Source: a virus
Taxonomy: Duplodnaviria; Caudoviricetes
IMG/VR virus record: IMGVR_UViG_3300043642_000037
Location: 1 to 64,000 of that record
Direction: 5' to 3' (one strand)
Length of the DNA stretch: 64,000 bases
Position numbers and translations under genes: made by a program. Below the pieces are notes generated by a model, which did not search any database, had not been told where the DNA came from, and worked only from the letters and a program-made list of their open reading frames with translations. Of this stretch, positions 48,588-58,129 are shown in pieces; the first letter of the stretch is position 1; every line of letters begins with the position of its first letter.

Positions 48588-48866
48588 CTAGCCTCCCGCG
48601 GGGTTCATCATGGGCGGGGGAGCCGACGGCGCGCCCGCAAGCTCGGGGGCCACCGTGGACCCCGCGCCGAACGATGGAAGCGGCGGCATGGGGGTCGTGC
48701 CATCCAGCGCCGCGGGCGGTCCGGGTGCGGGAGGCTGCGCGGCTTCGGGCAGGACGTCCTTCCCGCTCTCGACGTCGGCGACGAACTGGTCGACCTGCGT
48801 GGGTGGGCCGAGCGCGAACTTCCGGAACGCGGCCCGGCGGCCCTCGAGATATGCCGACTTGATCAT
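48588..48866 (-). CDS. Small Pro-rich virion-module protein with the shared N-terminal motif
   Basis: MIKSAYLEGRRAAFRKFAL. Confidence 0.6.
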   Translation of the reverse strand: MIKSAYLEGRRAAFRKFALGPPTQVDQFVADVESGKDVLPEAAQPPAPGPPAALDGTTPMPPLPSFGAGSTVAPELAGAPSAPPPMMNPAGG

Positions 48867-49276
48867 TGGATGAAGCTCCCCGGCAGCGGCGCGTACGCCA
48901 GTCGCCCGTCGTCGCTGGGCTCGCGCGCGTGCAGCATGGACGCGCCGACGGCGCCGAGACCCATCAACCCGAGGGTTCCCGTTGACGGAATCGCCCGCTT
49001 CGCCGCGCGTCCGATGCTGGATCCCATCGCGAGACCGCGATCCAGCATCGAGGGTCCCGCGGGGGACGCCGCGGGGACGCGCGGGATGGCTGCCGGCGGA
49101 GACGCGGCGGCCGCGGGAGCCGGCATGCTCGACGGTCGCATGCTCGGCGCGGACATCACGCCGGGCCGCGCGATCGGCAGGGGCACGTGCGGGCTGAACC
49201 CGGCCACGCGGATCCCGAAGCGGGTCAGGGCCACCTGGCCTCCCGCGTGAACCGACTGACGAATGGCGCCCGACAC
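48863..49276 (-). CDS. Small Pro/Ala-rich virion-module protein with the shared N-terminal motif
   Basis: IRQSVHAGGQVALTRFGIRVA. Confidence 0.6.
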   Translation of the reverse strand: MSGAIRQSVHAGGQVALTRFGIRVAGFSPHVPLPIARPGVMSAPSMRPSSMPAPAAAASPPAAIPRVPAASPAGPSMLDRGLAMGSSIGRAAKRAIPSTGTLGLMGLGAVGASMLHAREPSDDGRLAYAPLPGSFIQ

Positions 49277-49277
49277 G

Positions 49278-49646
49278 CTAGCCCACCGCGATGAACACGA
49301 CGGTGGCCGCGCCCGTCGTGGTGATGAGCGCGGCGGTTAGGAAGCCCTGCGCGCTGTTCATCCACAGGAAGTAGCCGGTGCCCGCGGCTAGGGGCCAGGC
49401 GTCCGTGCCGCCGTTGAACTTGGCGGTGCAGGTGCCCGCCATGCACTTCACCATGACGCCCTTGGCGCCGCCCGACGTGAGCGTTCCGAGGTTGACGGTG
49501 TCATCGGTGACCGCGCCGTCGTACTTGCGGATGAAGTCTGCCTTGGCTCCGTACGGAAAATTGACACCCAGGTCGATGGGGGCCGACGGTCCGGCGTCCT
49601 CGAGAGGGGTCGACAGCTTGCCTGCGACGGTGAAGTTCTGCGCCAT
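49278..49646 (-). CDS. Probable structural beta-sandwich protein
   Basis: MAQNFTVAGK...; GGAGG RBS and CCTATACTT upstream. Confidence 0.6.
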   Translation of the reverse strand: MAQNFTVAGKLSTPLEDAGPSAPIDLGVNFPYGAKADFIRKYDGAVTDDTVNLGTLTSGGAKGVMVKCMAGTCTAKFNGGTDAWPLAAGTGYFLWMNSAQGFLTAALITTTGAATVVFIAVG

Positions 49647-49689
49647 GGGTCCGGGCCTCCACCACAAGTATAGGGCGAGACCGACGACG

Positions 49690-50352
49690 TCAGCGACGTG
49701 CGTTTCGCCCGAGGCCGAGGCCGAACAGCGCTCGACGCGACGATCGCATCTGTCCGACCTGCTGCCATGTCCGGGTGTCCGAGTCGTAGCGCTGCGCGTA
49801 CCCGCCATCGCGAACCTCCCACGGACGACGACACAGGCCGAGATGGTCGTAGCGGGCGGCGGACGTCACGGACGGCGGCTCGCTCCACGCAGGGAGGCAG
49901 AAGTTCGACACCGAGACGCCGTCGATGGCGTACGTGTCCGCCTCGACCGCGTCGCAGATCTCCACCGCCCACCACGTGCCGTCGTCATCTTGAACGCCTC
50001 GCCGGAGCCACGGGTCCGCGAGGGTTTCGAGAATCTCGTGCGAGGCCGTGACGGTCCATGGGACGCCGTCCTGCGCGTCGAGCAGTGGGAAGTCGAACAT
50101 CAGTGGGGTCCCGGATGGCGTGACCTGGTGGACGCCGAGCGCGCCTTCCAGCGTCGGCGTCCTGCGCAGCTCGAGGACCCAGTCGCCCGCGCGGGCCGGT
50201 CCGGACAGCGCGACCGCGCGGACGGTCGCGGACACTCCCCAGCACGGGAAGAAGTGCTCGAGAACCTGCCGCTGCAGGGCGGACGCCGCGCGGGCCAGCT
50301 CCGCGGGCTCGACCCCCGTGTCGACGTCCACGATCGCGATCGCGAAGCTCAC
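49690..50352 (-). CDS. Zincin-like putative metallopeptidase (HExxE variant)
   Basis: LG.H...TASHEILETLADP...EICD.VE. Confidence 0.6.
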   Translation of the reverse strand: MSFAIAIVDVDTGVEPAELARAASALQRQVLEHFFPCWGVSATVRAVALSGPARAGDWVLELRRTPTLEGALGVHQVTPSGTPLMFDFPLLDAQDGVPWTVTASHEILETLADPWLRRGVQDDDGTWWAVEICDAVEADTYAIDGVSVSNFCLPAWSEPPSVTSAARYDHLGLCRRPWEVRDGGYAQRYDSDTRTWQQVGQMRSSRRALFGLGLGRNARR

Positions 50353-50717
50353 TTGTACGCGAAGCCCTGGGCGTCGATGAACGACCGTGCCCGACGAGCC
50401 GACACGGACGGCGCGGCGGCCTGCGCTCCGGCCGGATGGGCGGTGAGCGCGTCGTAGGTCGCCTTGGCGGCGCAGGCCAGCGTGTCCTTGCCGTACTTCG
50501 TTCCGATTTCGAGGAGCTTGTCGGTCCAGCCATCCGCGCCGGCCTGGATGACTGCCATGACGTCCTGGAAGATCGTCATGCCGACCTCCGGGACGGTTCT
50601 GCCGATGTCCACGGTGGCGCAGTCGTAGGCGACCTGCTTGACCTGCGCGGCCTGGGTTCCTCCGCAGCTGATCGATAGGGCGAGGACGAGGGTGATCATG
50701 CACGTGACGAGCTTCAT
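50349..50717 (-). CDS. Lipoprotein
   Basis: MKLVTCMITLVLALSISC lipobox. Confidence 0.6.
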   Translation of the reverse strand: MKLVTCMITLVLALSISCGGTQAAQVKQVAYDCATVDIGRTVPEVGMTIFQDVMAVIQAGADGWTDKLLEIGTKYGKDTLACAAKATYDALTAHPAGAQAAAPSVSARRARSFIDAQGFAYK

Positions 50718-51253
50718 GGAGCGATTCCTTGCGTGTTCGTGTTGACGATGGTTCCAGCGGCCGCCACCGCGGCGCCCGGCTGTATCACGGAAGTGATCTT
50801 CTCGACGCCGTACGACGGCTCGGTCTTGGTCGTTGTGGTCGTGACGGGTCCGTTCGCTACTTTCATAGACAACACTGAGCTTTCGATGTACGAGAGCAGC
50901 AGCCTGACGACCGCGTCATTGTCCTTCAGGCCGAGCACGACCATAAGCTCGCGGAGGCCCTTCTCCCCCAGGTGTGACTTGAGGGTCGCCAGCGCCTGAT
51001 CCCGCGCTGCCAGCAGCGCGGCCTTGTCCGCCTTGTCGGGCAGCGAGGACACGACGGTCTGCTGGACCTCCTGGACCACGTTGAAGGCGAGCTGCGCCAG
51101 ACGATCGAGCACGCCGGTGACCGCGTCGTTGCGCACCTTGGATCGGACCCAGGCGCCGAGATGGGCCGCCGCCCACGTGACGAACACGGCGAACGCCGGC
51201 GCGAGCACGCCCTTGATCAGCATCATTCCGAACGTCTCGATCTGGTCTTGCAT
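50714..51253 (-). CDS. Holin-like protein (single N-terminal TM)
   Basis: TM followed by ...LA...VQEVQQT.V...K...A...L......IES.V, an LL-H-type holin-like pattern. Confidence 0.55.
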   Translation of the reverse strand: MQDQIETFGMMLIKGVLAPAFAVFVTWAAAHLGAWVRSKVRNDAVTGVLDRLAQLAFNVVQEVQQTVVSSLPDKADKAALLAARDQALATLKSHLGEKGLRELMVVLGLKDNDAVVRLLLSYIESSVLSMKVANGPVTTTTTKTEPSYGVEKITSVIQPGAAVAAAGTIVNTNTQGIAP

Positions 51254-51510
51254 CAGAAGCTTCCTTTGTTGGCTGGGACGGACACGGACCGCCTCTCCGC
51301 GGGTCGATCTCCGTGGGAGTGGACGAAGCCCGCCTTCTTGGTCAGGGACTTGCGGTGCATCGGCACGATGATGTGGATCAGCTTGGCGCCCACGAGCGCG
51401 TCCGCGACGACGCCGCCGCAGGACGGGCACGGCACCGGCTCGTCGGACGTCATCCGCGTGAACTCGAACCGCTCCCCGCAGGGGCACTCGTAGTCGTCGA
51501 TCCTGGGCAT
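51253..51510 (-). CDS. FmdB-family zinc-ribbon protein
   Basis: MP..DYEC.CG..FE......CPSCG. Confidence 0.75.
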   Translation of the reverse strand: MPRIDDYECPCGERFEFTRMTSDEPVPCPSCGGVVADALVGAKLIHIIVPMHRKSLTKKAGFVHSHGDRPAERRSVSVPANKGSF

Positions 51511-51528
51511 GTACCCCGGAATGATAGG

Positions 51529-53283
51529 TCAACAGAGGTCGGACGTGGGGATCACGTTGGTCTCGCCCTGGTTCGGGTTCGCCGGGTCCTCGGCCGCCAC
51601 CGGGACGCCCCCGACGGATATCACCGGAGTGACCGGCGCGGGCGGGCGGCCAGTCAGAGGGTCGACGGCGACGGTCGACCCGCCGGCCGCCGGGGCGATC
51701 GGGCGCATCCCGGGCCCGAACACGGTCGCCTCCGCCTGCGTGACGACCGTGTCGATCGCGGTGAGCACGGACAGCAGAGGGTTGCCGTCGTCGGCGGGGC
51801 CGACCAGGGACCCGAACAGCGCGATGACCGGCGCCAGGTCGGCCAGTCGCGGCGCGCCGGCGACCACGCACACGCCGCACACGTATTCCCCGGCGTCGAA
51901 CGGCGGACGCGCGGGGTCCGACAGGTCGCCGAGCCGTCGCGCCAGCTCGGCGGCCAGGAAAGCGTTGCCGCCCGTGTCGCTGGTGAGCTGTATGGCGTGC
52001 AGCGAGGGCAGCGGGCGGGAAAGGGAGGCCTGCAGCCTGTCGACGTCGGCGAGCAGGTCTCCCGCGCGGGCCGACAGACGCTGGGCCATGTTGGCGGCGT
52101 CCTTCATCGCAGCCTTGAGTCTCGAGGTCGGGCTCGGTCGACCCTCGACAAGTGACTCGAGCTGCGCCAGGACGCGCCGGACCACGTCCGAGAGCCCGGG
52201 GAACACGTCCATCGCGGCGCCGACCGATCGCCAGTCGGGCGGAGATCCGGAGGCCGTGGGGGGCGGCGCGGAGGCCGCGACCTTGGCCATGCCCGACACC
52301 TGGTCGAACGGCATGACGACCGTTCCCGACGGCTCGACCACGTCGATCTCCCACGCGACGCAGTAGTACAGCGGTGCCGTCGGGTCCGGCGGCGGATCCG
52401 CGTCCAGGAACCTCGAGTTGAGGCCCGACCCGACCGCGACAACCTCGGCTCCGGGCGCGGTCATGCCCTCCGTGAGATCCTGCGTCGAAAACAGGTCCAG
52501 CACGCCGCGGACGGAGGTCGCCGCGCTCTTGGTGACGCGGAGGACGGCGTAGCGCCGCACGGCCATGGACAGCCCCGGGAAGTAGGGGAGCGCGATCACG
52601 CCCTGCGGAGGGTCCCACGACACTTGGACCGCGATTCGACCGCCCGCGGCCGCGGCGACGGGACGAGCGATCACGCCCTGCGGGATCGGAAGGACCCGAC
52701 CACCCGCGCCCCCGCCGGATCCCGCGGGACGGACCAGCTGGTCGATCACGGAGGCCGCGTGCGCCGCCGATGCGTAGGACGACGCCCCGGCCATGATGAC
52801 GGTCATCGTCACGGCGTCCGACTGGTTGACGAACTGAGGCCGGTTGGGATCCCCGACGTCGAACAGCGACTCGAGAAACGCCCGATAGAATCCCGCGTTC
52901 CCTCCGATGCCGGAGACGAGCGCCTGGTAGGCCTCGGCCGTGCCGGCCGTGGGTCCGAGCCGAACGTCGAGCCACGCCTGGAGGTCCTCCACGGTGGCGG
53001 GCGCTCTGGGCGGCGGTTGATCGGGGATGATTTTTGAGATGGGGATTAGCGCGACGTGAGCTTTGGTGCCGGTCACGAGCGCGTCGAGAGCCGCGACGAT
53101 TGCCCCCGCGGCCACCGATGCCGGATCCGGCAAGTTGGGCAGGGCGGGCACGGACGCGACCGCGTCGATGCCGTCCTGCATCGCCTGGATCGCGCCCGTC
53201 GCCAGGTGCGCCGCACTCCTCACGGCCGTGATGAGGTCAGCTGGAATCAGCTTGCCCGCGTCTATCACGCTCCACTGCGTCAT
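51529..53283 (-). CDS. Probable baseplate-associated protein
   Basis: Long ORF downstream of the Gp5-like gene; assignment by context only. Confidence 0.5.
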   Translation of the reverse strand: MTQWSVIDAGKLIPADLITAVRSAAHLATGAIQAMQDGIDAVASVPALPNLPDPASVAAGAIVAALDALVTGTKAHVALIPISKIIPDQPPPRAPATVEDLQAWLDVRLGPTAGTAEAYQALVSGIGGNAGFYRAFLESLFDVGDPNRPQFVNQSDAVTMTVIMAGASSYASAAHAASVIDQLVRPAGSGGGAGGRVLPIPQGVIARPVAAAAGGRIAVQVSWDPPQGVIALPYFPGLSMAVRRYAVLRVTKSAATSVRGVLDLFSTQDLTEGMTAPGAEVVAVGSGLNSRFLDADPPPDPTAPLYYCVAWEIDVVEPSGTVVMPFDQVSGMAKVAASAPPPTASGSPPDWRSVGAAMDVFPGLSDVVRRVLAQLESLVEGRPSPTSRLKAAMKDAANMAQRLSARAGDLLADVDRLQASLSRPLPSLHAIQLTSDTGGNAFLAAELARRLGDLSDPARPPFDAGEYVCGVCVVAGAPRLADLAPVIALFGSLVGPADDGNPLLSVLTAIDTVVTQAEATVFGPGMRPIAPAAGGSTVAVDPLTGRPPAPVTPVISVGGVPVAAEDPANPNQGETNVIPTSDLC

Positions 53284-53423
53284 GTCACTCCTCGAGCAGG
53301 CGAACGGTCCTTGCGATCGCGGTCATTCGTTGAGCAGCCTCGAGACGGTCGAGGCGCGCCTTGAGGGATAGTAGGCGAACCAGAACCTCGCCAAGCGCGG
53401 GTCGACCCTTGGACCACCCGGGG

Positions 53424-54827
53424 TCAGTCATTTCCGACCTTGGTGGACTCGTAGGGGAACCCCTGCGCGACGAGGATGATGAACTTTTGCATCAGCGCCA
53501 GCTGCGTCGCCAGCCCTATGGGGTTGCTCGGCACGAGGGCCCCGATTGCCGTTACCAGGTGGGTCATGAACTCCGCGTGGTCCCGCAGGTACGCGTCGAA
53601 CAGTGGCAGCGGGTGGCGACCGTTCGGCCCGAGCAGCACCTTGCTTCCGTCGATCCCGGCCCTTCCGGAGGCCTTGATCCTGGCGTCGCCCGTGATGTTG
53701 ACGTCCATGCCCCCGCCGATCTTCGCGGTCGCCTTGTCGCCGACGTCGAGGCTGGCGGTCTCGCCGACCTTCGCCGTCAGCTTTCCGGTCACCACGCCGA
53801 CCGCGTCGCCGCCAACGCTCTCCGCGGAGTCCCCGATCGTCGATCGCACGCGATCGGCGCCGGCGATCACCGTGTCGGTGCCGCCCACCTGGGTGGTCCT
53901 GTCCCCGTCGATCGTCGCGATCTTCACCCCGTGAACCGTGACCTGGTCGTCGCCTCCGATGTCCGTCCTGCGGTCCCGGGCCACGTCGTGACGCGTCTCG
54001 CCGACGCCAGCGGCCCCGGACGACACGTCCACGCCGCCGTCGCCGTACAGCTGAACGCGGCCATCCGATCCGGCGTGCAGGCGAAACAGGACGCGGCCCT
54101 TGGGCTCGGCGATGACGAAGTCGAGGATGTCCCCCGTGGACCCGAGGTCGAGCCGGATGGTCCAGTTCTGCTCGTCCATGCCGGTCTCGGTGGCCTGCAC
54201 GGATCCCGCGCGCAGGACGAACGACGTGCGTCCCTGGTCGTTCTGGACGCGGGACACCCCGAAGTCCGATATCGACTCGATTCGGCGGGCGACGTGCTGG
54301 AGCACGCCGGACATGCCGAACGATCGCGTCTGCGCGGTCGGGCTGCCAACCAAGGTCAGTCCGCCGCCCAGCACTGCGACGTGGTTGCCGTGGGCGCCCA
54401 CGTGGGCCCAGTCTCCCTGGCTCATGTCGGTGGGCGCGAGCGGTGGCTTGTAACTGTTCCCACCGGAGGTCGCTTGCGTTGGATCCGCGTCCCCGTATCC
54501 CTCGACGCCGGTGAGCGAGGGTGGCGAGATCGCAGTTTGGGGAGGCCCGACGAAATCGATGCATCCGACGATCACGGGAAACCCGAGGTCCCAGGAGACG
54601 ACGACGGACGTGCCGGTCTCGAGGTGATCGTAGCTCCCCCCCGAAGGCCTCATCTGCGGGACGTCGCGCAGCGGTTGACCGGCGTGAGTCCTGACGGTCG
54701 AGGTGTGGGTAGCGGAGTTGTACTCGACAACCACGCCCAGCTGCCAGCGCATCCCCTCCGGCGCGGTCCTGGAGAGTCCCGCGGCCCCGATGTTCGCGGC
54801 ACCCGGGGTGTGGAGAGGATCGCGCAC
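53424..54827 (-). CDS. Baseplate central spike (Gp5/VgrG-like)
   Basis: N-terminal OB-fold-like region and C-terminal 8-residue [VI]GG/[VI]DG beta-helix repeats. Confidence 0.75.
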   Translation of the reverse strand: MRDPLHTPGAANIGAAGLSRTAPEGMRWQLGVVVEYNSATHTSTVRTHAGQPLRDVPQMRPSGGSYDHLETGTSVVVSWDLGFPVIVGCIDFVGPPQTAISPPSLTGVEGYGDADPTQATSGGNSYKPPLAPTDMSQGDWAHVGAHGNHVAVLGGGLTLVGSPTAQTRSFGMSGVLQHVARRIESISDFGVSRVQNDQGRTSFVLRAGSVQATETGMDEQNWTIRLDLGSTGDILDFVIAEPKGRVLFRLHAGSDGRVQLYGDGGVDVSSGAAGVGETRHDVARDRRTDIGGDDQVTVHGVKIATIDGDRTTQVGGTDTVIAGADRVRSTIGDSAESVGGDAVGVVTGKLTAKVGETASLDVGDKATAKIGGGMDVNITGDARIKASGRAGIDGSKVLLGPNGRHPLPLFDAYLRDHAEFMTHLVTAIGALVPSNPIGLATQLALMQKFIILVAQGFPYESTKVGND

Positions 54828-54841
54828 GCGGGAATCGTAGC

Positions 54842-55174
54842 CTAGTCGTCGCTCGGCTTCGACACGTTCATTGGAGGAATCGAGTACATGTCACGTCTTG
54901 CGTCGGGGAATCGCTGCCGGGACCAGTGAAACGAGAGGTAGAAGTTCACGATGACGAACGCGTTGACCGCGATCGTCAGCATGCGCACAGTCTCCCACGC
55001 GCCTTGGCCCATCGCGGTCAGCGCCGTCGTGATGTTTCCGTAGATCAGCGCGGAGATCGTCGCGCAGATCGCGAGGCTGACTGGGTTGCGCCGGCTGTGC
55101 CACCCGCGCAGGAAGCGGATGAGTAGGGGGACCCACGCGAGCGCGAGTGCCGTCGGGACGATGACGTAGACCAT
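54842..55174 (-). CDS. Small three-TM membrane protein
   Basis: Three hydrophobic segments. Confidence 0.55.
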   Translation of the reverse strand: MVYVIVPTALALAWVPLLIRFLRGWHSRRNPVSLAICATISALIYGNITTALTAMGQGAWETVRMLTIAVNAFVIVNFYLSFHWSRQRFPDARRDMYSIPPMNVSKPSDD

Positions 55175-55414
55175 TGGACCTTCCTCACTTTTTCACGACG
55201 CTGGGATCCACCAGGGGAAATGTCCCGGTCGCGTCCTTCCCAAACATTTCCCGGTGTCGATCGAAGGTCAGCTTCGCGAGGTCGTTAATTTGCTGGGTGG
55301 TCTTCGCGAGCTTGATCTTACTCCGTCGGCCACTGCGAAGCTCGGCTCGCACGATCGCCGTCAGCACGACGACGAGCATGAGTGTTGAGATCCAGACCGC
55401 CATGGTGCCTCCGT

Positions 55415-55720
55415 TTACGCTACGTCTTTCCCGCCGACCTGACCCAGCCCCGTCCTCGTTCGCGTTCGCCCCATCGACAGCTCGTCCACGGACCGCGACA
55501 TGATGGTGACGATGGTCAGCAGCTTGTTGATGCTCTCGGTGAACGCGTCCATCCGGCGCTCGAGACGCCACATGAACCACACCGACACGAATATCGGGAA
55601 CCCGAACTCTCGAAGCAGCCCGGTGACGTCGGTCAGGCTCACGCCGGCCTCGCCTCCCCCCGTCGCGCCCGTCAACAACAGGACGATCAGGATCAGCAGC
55701 GTGACGTTGAAGACCCGCAT
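55415..55720 (-). CDS. Small membrane protein (YvrJ/holin-like)
   Basis: EFGFPIFVSVWFMWRLERRMD. Confidence 0.55.
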   Translation of the reverse strand: MRVFNVTLLILIVLLLTGATGGGEAGVSLTDVTGLLREFGFPIFVSVWFMWRLERRMDAFTESINKLLTIVTIMSRSVDELSMGRTRTRTGLGQVGGKDVA

Positions 55721-55723
55721 GCC

Positions 55724-56488
55724 TCAGACCGCCGTGACGCCCGGCGACGCCGTGGCGTCCGCGTTCTCGATGTCGGTCTCCGTGCCGTCGATGAAGTTGA
55801 GCACCCTGTCGAGATCGGTCTTCACGATGCCGTTGCCTGCCGCGTGCGGGCGAACGCCGGCCGGCGTGTCTGCGCCGTAGGGCAGGAGACGATCCGCCAT
55901 GCCGGACACGTTCTCGAGGATCAGATTTTGCCCGGCGTTGAACCCGATGGCGTAGCTGGTGATCATGCTCAGCTCCGCGTAGAAGCCGCCGCAGAACGCA
56001 TGCGACTTGTCGCGGAACACGGTGGCGAGTCCGACCGGGACGAGGAAAAGCTCGCTGTCCAGGTTGATGTAGAACTTCTGCCCGCTCCGGTTGGTGTCGG
56101 CCGCCGGGTCATCGAACTGGCTGGGGTCGATCCCCCCGATGACCGCGTTGTGATAGAGCACGCGCAGCAGGTTCCTGCCGTTGACGAACAGGCGACCCAT
56201 CGACCACTGGGTCTGCGCCTTGCCGGAGACGTAGAACGACCTGCCCGACCCGATCGCCATCATCGGCTGCGTCGGCTTGGTCTGCGTGAAGTTGACGGCC
56301 TGGAGCATGCCGATCGGCAGCATGTTCGCCGCGCCACCCTCCTTGAGGCTGTGCTTTCGCGCCGGCCCCGCGAGGGTGAGCGTGTCGTCCGGATGCGCGG
56401 CCGTGTAGGCCGCGTTGTCCATCACCCGCTCGACGTACGACTCCTGGAACCGCCAGGTATCGAAACTCTTCACTACACCGAGTGCCAT
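55724..56488 (-). CDS. Tail tube protein
   Basis: IG.LQ..N..Q......AIGS.R...V.G.......R....G.NLLR.LY pattern; downstream of the sheath. Confidence 0.75.
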   Translation of the reverse strand: MALGVVKSFDTWRFQESYVERVMDNAAYTAAHPDDTLTLAGPARKHSLKEGGAANMLPIGMLQAVNFTQTKPTQPMMAIGSGRSFYVSGKAQTQWSMGRLFVNGRNLLRVLYHNAVIGGIDPSQFDDPAADTNRSGQKFYINLDSELFLVPVGLATVFRDKSHAFCGGFYAELSMITSYAIGFNAGQNLILENVSGMADRLLPYGADTPAGVRPHAAGNGIVKTDLDRVLNFIDGTETDIENADATASPGVTAV

Positions 56489-56496
56489 GGTGCTCC

Positions 56497-57084
56497 TTAC
56501 CGTCGAGCGAACTCGAGCCCTTTGACGTTACCCATCGTAGCGCCCAGCCCAGAGAGAATTGTGGTGAGAGGAATGTTCAGGGGCCCCATGACGGGGTGAC
56601 CGACGATCTTGTCGATGACGTGACCGACGCCGTGACCGACGAGACCTCCGCCGAGCGTGCCCAGTCCCTGTCCGGCGACGTTCTTGGCGATGTCGCCGGT
56701 GGACTGGTTGTTGCGGATGCCATCGGCGACGGGCCAGCCCAGGCCGCCAAGGTCCCCACCGACGATGTCTCCGAAGTGGCTGCCCTGCTTCATTGCGGGC
56801 TGCAGCATGTGTGCGCCCTGGAGCGCCCACGGCGGAATGTCCATGGACGTCGAGTCGATCGCGTACGGCGCACCTGGTGGCACGTTCTCGACGCGCTCTC
56901 GGATGAGTTGCCCCCCGATGCCGCCACTGATAGCACCGAGTACGCCACCGAGTTCCGGGCCAAGTCCGGGGTACCGCGCGCCGAGGGCCCGACCCGCGTA
57001 GCCGCCGAGCGCTGGCGCGGCGACGGAGGGTACGATGCCTGCGAAGCTGGCGGTTCGCCGGAAGAACTGCTCGGGTCCGCTCAT
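56497..57084 (-). CDS. Gly-zipper virion-module protein
   Basis: GxxxG repeats. Confidence 0.6.
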   Translation of the reverse strand: MSGPEQFFRRTASFAGIVPSVAAPALGGYAGRALGARYPGLGPELGGVLGAISGGIGGQLIRERVENVPPGAPYAIDSTSMDIPPWALQGAHMLQPAMKQGSHFGDIVGGDLGGLGWPVADGIRNNQSTGDIAKNVAGQGLGTLGGGLVGHGVGHVIDKIVGHPVMGPLNIPLTTILSGLGATMGNVKGLEFARR

Positions 57085-57386
57085 AGGATCCTCGGCGCGC
57101 CGGGCGGAACGCGCGGCAGGCTCGCCTTGGAGAGGTGCTTGACCAGGGCGTCGGCGGGCGTCTGCACGGGGCTGACGACGCGACGAAGCGCGTTGACCGG
57201 GGCCGCGCCGAAGCTCTCGAGCGCTGGCAGCACGCGGGGTGACACGGCGTTGAGCGCGCCGCGCGCGACCGAGCCGCCGGCTGCCGTGCCGAGGACCCCG
57301 AGGATCGTCTCGAGCGTCGAGGCCTCGCGAATGGCGAAGCGTCGAGCAGCCTTGAGGGCGCCATCTTTCACGGCGTCACGCATCAT
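57081..57386 (-). CDS. Small virion-module protein with the shared N-terminal motif
   Basis: MRDAVKDGALKAARRFAIREA. Confidence 0.6.
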   Translation of the reverse strand: MMRDAVKDGALKAARRFAIREASTLETILGVLGTAAGGSVARGALNAVSPRVLPALESFGAAPVNALRRVVSPVQTPADALVKHLSKASLPRVPPGAPRIL

Positions 57387-58120
57387 CCCATCGGTCCCTG
57401 GGACTGCAGCTTGTTGCCGAGCGCGCCTCCCGCCATGCTGGATGCGGCGTCGAACGCCATGCCGCCCATCCCACCGCCGATGCGCGGCAGGATCTTGCCG
57501 GCCATGCCGCCGAGCGCGGCGCCGCCGGCGCCCTTGGCGAGGGCTCCCACGCCGGCACGCGCCAGGGCGGGTCCCGCGATCGAGCCGAGCAGGGGTCCGA
57601 TGAAGGCTTCCTTGACGCCGTATCGCGCGGCCGCGGCCCGCGTGCCGCTGTCCCGCGCGGCGCCGAGCTTGTCAGCGATGCTGTCCTTGTGGCCGCTCTT
57701 CTGCGCGCCGTACATCATGCCGCCCAGGCCGCCGACTCCCGCGCCCACGCCGGCACCCAGCTGCGCGCCGAGCCCCGGGTTGTGCGCGAGCGCGCCGAGC
57801 AGCGCGCCCAGGCCTCCGCCGCTCGCCGCGCCGAGCCCGGCACCTCCGACGCCGCCCAGAACCGAGCCGATGGCCGCGCTGCCCCGCTGGCCGTCGTCGG
57901 CACCCATGGCCGCCCCGATGGGCGCGCCGATGCCGGGGAGCATCAGGCCTCCCGCGAGCGCGCCGAGCCCGGCGTGGTTGGCCAGCTTGTGGCCGGTGCT
58001 TCCGCTGACCTCGACGTGGAGCGTCTCACCGGGCTGTCGTCGGGGGCTTCGCGCGAAGCTCTCCTTGGCGGCCTTGATGATGTCCGCGATGAACTGGTCG
58101 GTCGTTGAGTGCAGGGACAC
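57383..58120 (-). CDS. Gly-zipper virion-module protein with internal KxA sites
   Basis: HKLA, DKLGAARDSGTRAAAARYGVKEA; GxxxG repeats. Confidence 0.65.
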   Translation of the reverse strand: MSLHSTTDQFIADIIKAAKESFARSPRRQPGETLHVEVSGSTGHKLANHAGLGALAGGLMLPGIGAPIGAAMGADDGQRGSAAIGSVLGGVGGAGLGAASGGGLGALLGALAHNPGLGAQLGAGVGAGVGGLGGMMYGAQKSGHKDSIADKLGAARDSGTRAAAARYGVKEAFIGPLLGSIAGPALARAGVGALAKGAGGAALGGMAGKILPRIGGGMGGMAFDAASSMAGGALGNKLQSQGPMG

Positions 58121-58129
58121 GTGATCTCC

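Noticed and set aside
50714-52975. 753-aa ORF as annotated in the track
   Set aside because: Only the last ~179 aa (from 51253) look real; the rest is an Arg-rich off-frame overlap with 51529..53283.
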